Both the position numbers and the translations under genes were made by a program. Below are positions 61,701 through 64,000 of a stretch of 64,000 nt of DNA, one piece after another (the stretch's first letter is position 1; every line of letters starts with the position of its first letter). The notes under the pieces were generated by a model that was not told the origin of the DNA, did no database searches, and saw only the letters and a list, made by a program, of their open reading frames with translations. The stretch covers positions 155,434,001-155,498,000 of the forward strand of contig NW_027362771.1 of the NCBI RefSeq assembly GCF_046119375.1, written 5' to 3'. This DNA is from Phyllobates terribilis. Its lineage: Eukaryota.

Positions 61701-64000
61701 CCTTAATTAATTGACCTACGGGTTCTACTGTGAAGTCCAAGTGTCCCATTAATTTTTCAGCAAAGTACTTGTTCAAGGGATGTTCCCAGAATTGAACTCA
61801 ATGTTTGCTCCATTCAAAGTCTGCGGGGCTGCCGAAATAGAAATGCACTGTACTCCGTTTCTCCCATAGACCATGAATGGAGCGGAGGTTGAGCATGTGC
61901 ACCTCTTGTCCATTCATGATCGAGGTCTACAGAGTGCCGTTCTTGAGATCTTCTTCTCAGGATAACCAGGTCGAGTCCCCAGAGATCAGTAAGTTATCCC
62001 ATGAATTAGGGATATCTTTTAAAGAGAATCTGTTGTCTGTTTTTTCTATCTCATCTGAGAGCAGCATGATGTAGGGACAGAGACCCAGCTTCGAGCGATG
62101 TATCAGTTACTGGGCTGCTTGCTGCAGTTTTGATAAGTTTTGACTGCTGCAGATCCAGCAGTTTCTGAATGCTGATCTCTGTATAATCCTGCTTATACCA
62201 GTGATTGACAGCTTTCTGTCCATACTGTGTATAGACAGAAAGCTGCCAATCAGTGGTGGGAGTGTGACTGGACTATGGCAATATAGTATAGTACAAGTGA
62301 AGATGAAAAACTTTGTCAGGTGTTGTCATATTTGAGAATATTGTGCAGCGGTTCAGGGCAAGGAGCATCACCGCTTATAGCAGGGTGACACAGGTACGTG
62401 CATTTGGACATCATTGGGTTGGAAGCTGTACTGTATTTTTGTTTCTGTTTCTGTACTGTGAAGAAGAAATGCGTAGAACAGTCATCCACAAGATGGCGCC
62501 GTGCTACAAAAACATCAGAAATGAAGCTAGAAGGTATTTTGAAAAGATACCGTCAGCTGCTAAAATCCGCATCCAAATAAAATTCTATAAAATTTGACAC
62601 TTGTGTTTATCTGATATGTAATCCCTGATGATGGATCCTCTTTAAGCCAAGTACCTGAATTTAGTATCCAAGTATCTGCAATGTGTAGAGGGGGTTAAAA
62701 ACTGCAAGCCATGATGTGAATATTGGCACAGTTGTAAAAGCATTTTAATGGTCTGGGTCAGCTAGTGCGATCAGATTTTAAAGGTATGGTACCAGATCTG
62801 TAATACATTTCCTTTTCAGCGAGGAATCTTTTGTTTTGAACTGAATCCACATGATTGTGTACAGACGGGAGGCGGTGGGGGATCCTGGCACACACTCCAT
62901 TGTGTCTACTTGAAGACTTTTGTTTTTATGGTATCAGTTTTCATCTCCACCGAAGACAGATTTATTTTCCTGTGTGGGTCCCGGGCATGCTGTGCGTGCA
63001 TGGATTCTGCTGCCCCTCTGGAGAATTTCATCTGACATTTTCTGGGCATTGTACTGGGTTGTAAATTGCAAAACTAACACTGCATCATCTTTAGTCATGT
63101 CTTTTCTAGTTAGGGAAGTACCACAAAGCATGTTATAATATGGAATACCAATTAGCTTTTATGGGGCTTTTACAAAAGAAAAACTGATTTGCTTCTTACC
63201 ACAAAAGGCAAGATGTTTTGATTACAATGTAAGGCTACGTTCACATCTGCTTCAGAGGCCCCATCAGCCTCAGAGATTCTGTCATATCTGACGGGAAAAA
63301 TAACACCGCATGCAGCGCATTTCTTTCCATCAAAACTACTAAGCTAAGTCTCTCTTCTCCTAATTAAACCACCATACCAGGCTGCCATGATGTCCTCAAC
63401 ACCACTACTACCAGTTTGTTGCTCAGATGCATGGCTGTTGCTTTGATCTATAAGGATGTCCTTCCTTCCCCCACAAAAAGAAATCTAAACTTAGATTTCC
63501 AAGACTACATCGCTATGATAATTTTCTGTCTATACAAGAATAGTATAGTCACAAAATAATACTGGTTACTTGTATACAGGTGTTATCACCATACCTTTAC
63601 TGAACAGAATGCAGCATGCCAAGACCGCTATCGCCAGTGATACTGCTATAGAAGGTACAGATACCACCACATGGAGACCAAATACCACCATACTGATCAT
63701 TAACAAAAGCCAATGTACTAAGACCAATGTTACATAAACAGCAAATACTGCCATACCATGACCACATATTAAAATCCTATATAGTGGTGACTGAATAATA
63801 CAACCATACAGTGACTATATAATGGTAGATACAAGTGCTCCATAGGGCGCTTTGTAGGGCTTATATGCTTATATAGCATTGATAAAACCAGTGGCTGACA
63901 GGTGCCATTTTCTCTGACAATAGTTAACATTCCCTCCACACCATGTCAATAATGCCCCTTTCATAATGGTACCCCTCTTTGTGCCCCAAATAGTAATATT

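Noticed and set aside
62850-63131. Minus-strand ORF with FTTQYN, faintly like a Penelope-type RT C-terminal region
   Set aside because: Too short and degenerate to support without a profile search.
59000-64000. Search for the LLPH terminal exon (…GQYPxWMN…)
   Set aside because: No matching sequence found; presumed to lie beyond the window.

Overview
Vertebrate genomic DNA, most likely a frog (inferred from the transposon complement and gene sequences); the long six-frame ORFs are mostly artefacts of repeats and split genes. Three host genes are recognisable. XPOT (minus strand) has a candidate non-coding exon 1 at ~9075-9160 and coding exons at 1286-1345 and 932-1014, continuing off the left edge. 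TMBIM4 (minus strand) is complete: 7 coding exons, 37322 to 23211, 237 aa. LLPH (plus strand) has its first coding exon at 58769-58976, a probable non-coding exon 1 at ~37753-37844 head-to-head with TMBIM4, and a last exon not found in the window. The rest is nested mobile DNA. The most striking element is a 6.4-kb class I (epsilon/gamma-like) endogenous retrovirus at 44730-51167, with two apparently identical 412-bp LTRs, a tRNA-Lys3 PBS and a 4-bp TSD. It has separate lesions in gag-pro, RNase H and the env TM ectodomain, which suggests a young non-autonomous retrovirus mobilised in trans. Also present: a Buster-type hAT transposon one stop codon from intact, several Tc1 elements, an L2 LINE with an inverted 5' part and a decayed 2A-like motif, piggyBac-derived long repeats, many MITEs, and a 42-bp minisatellite in XPOT intron 1. 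All comparisons were made by eye; no database searches were run.
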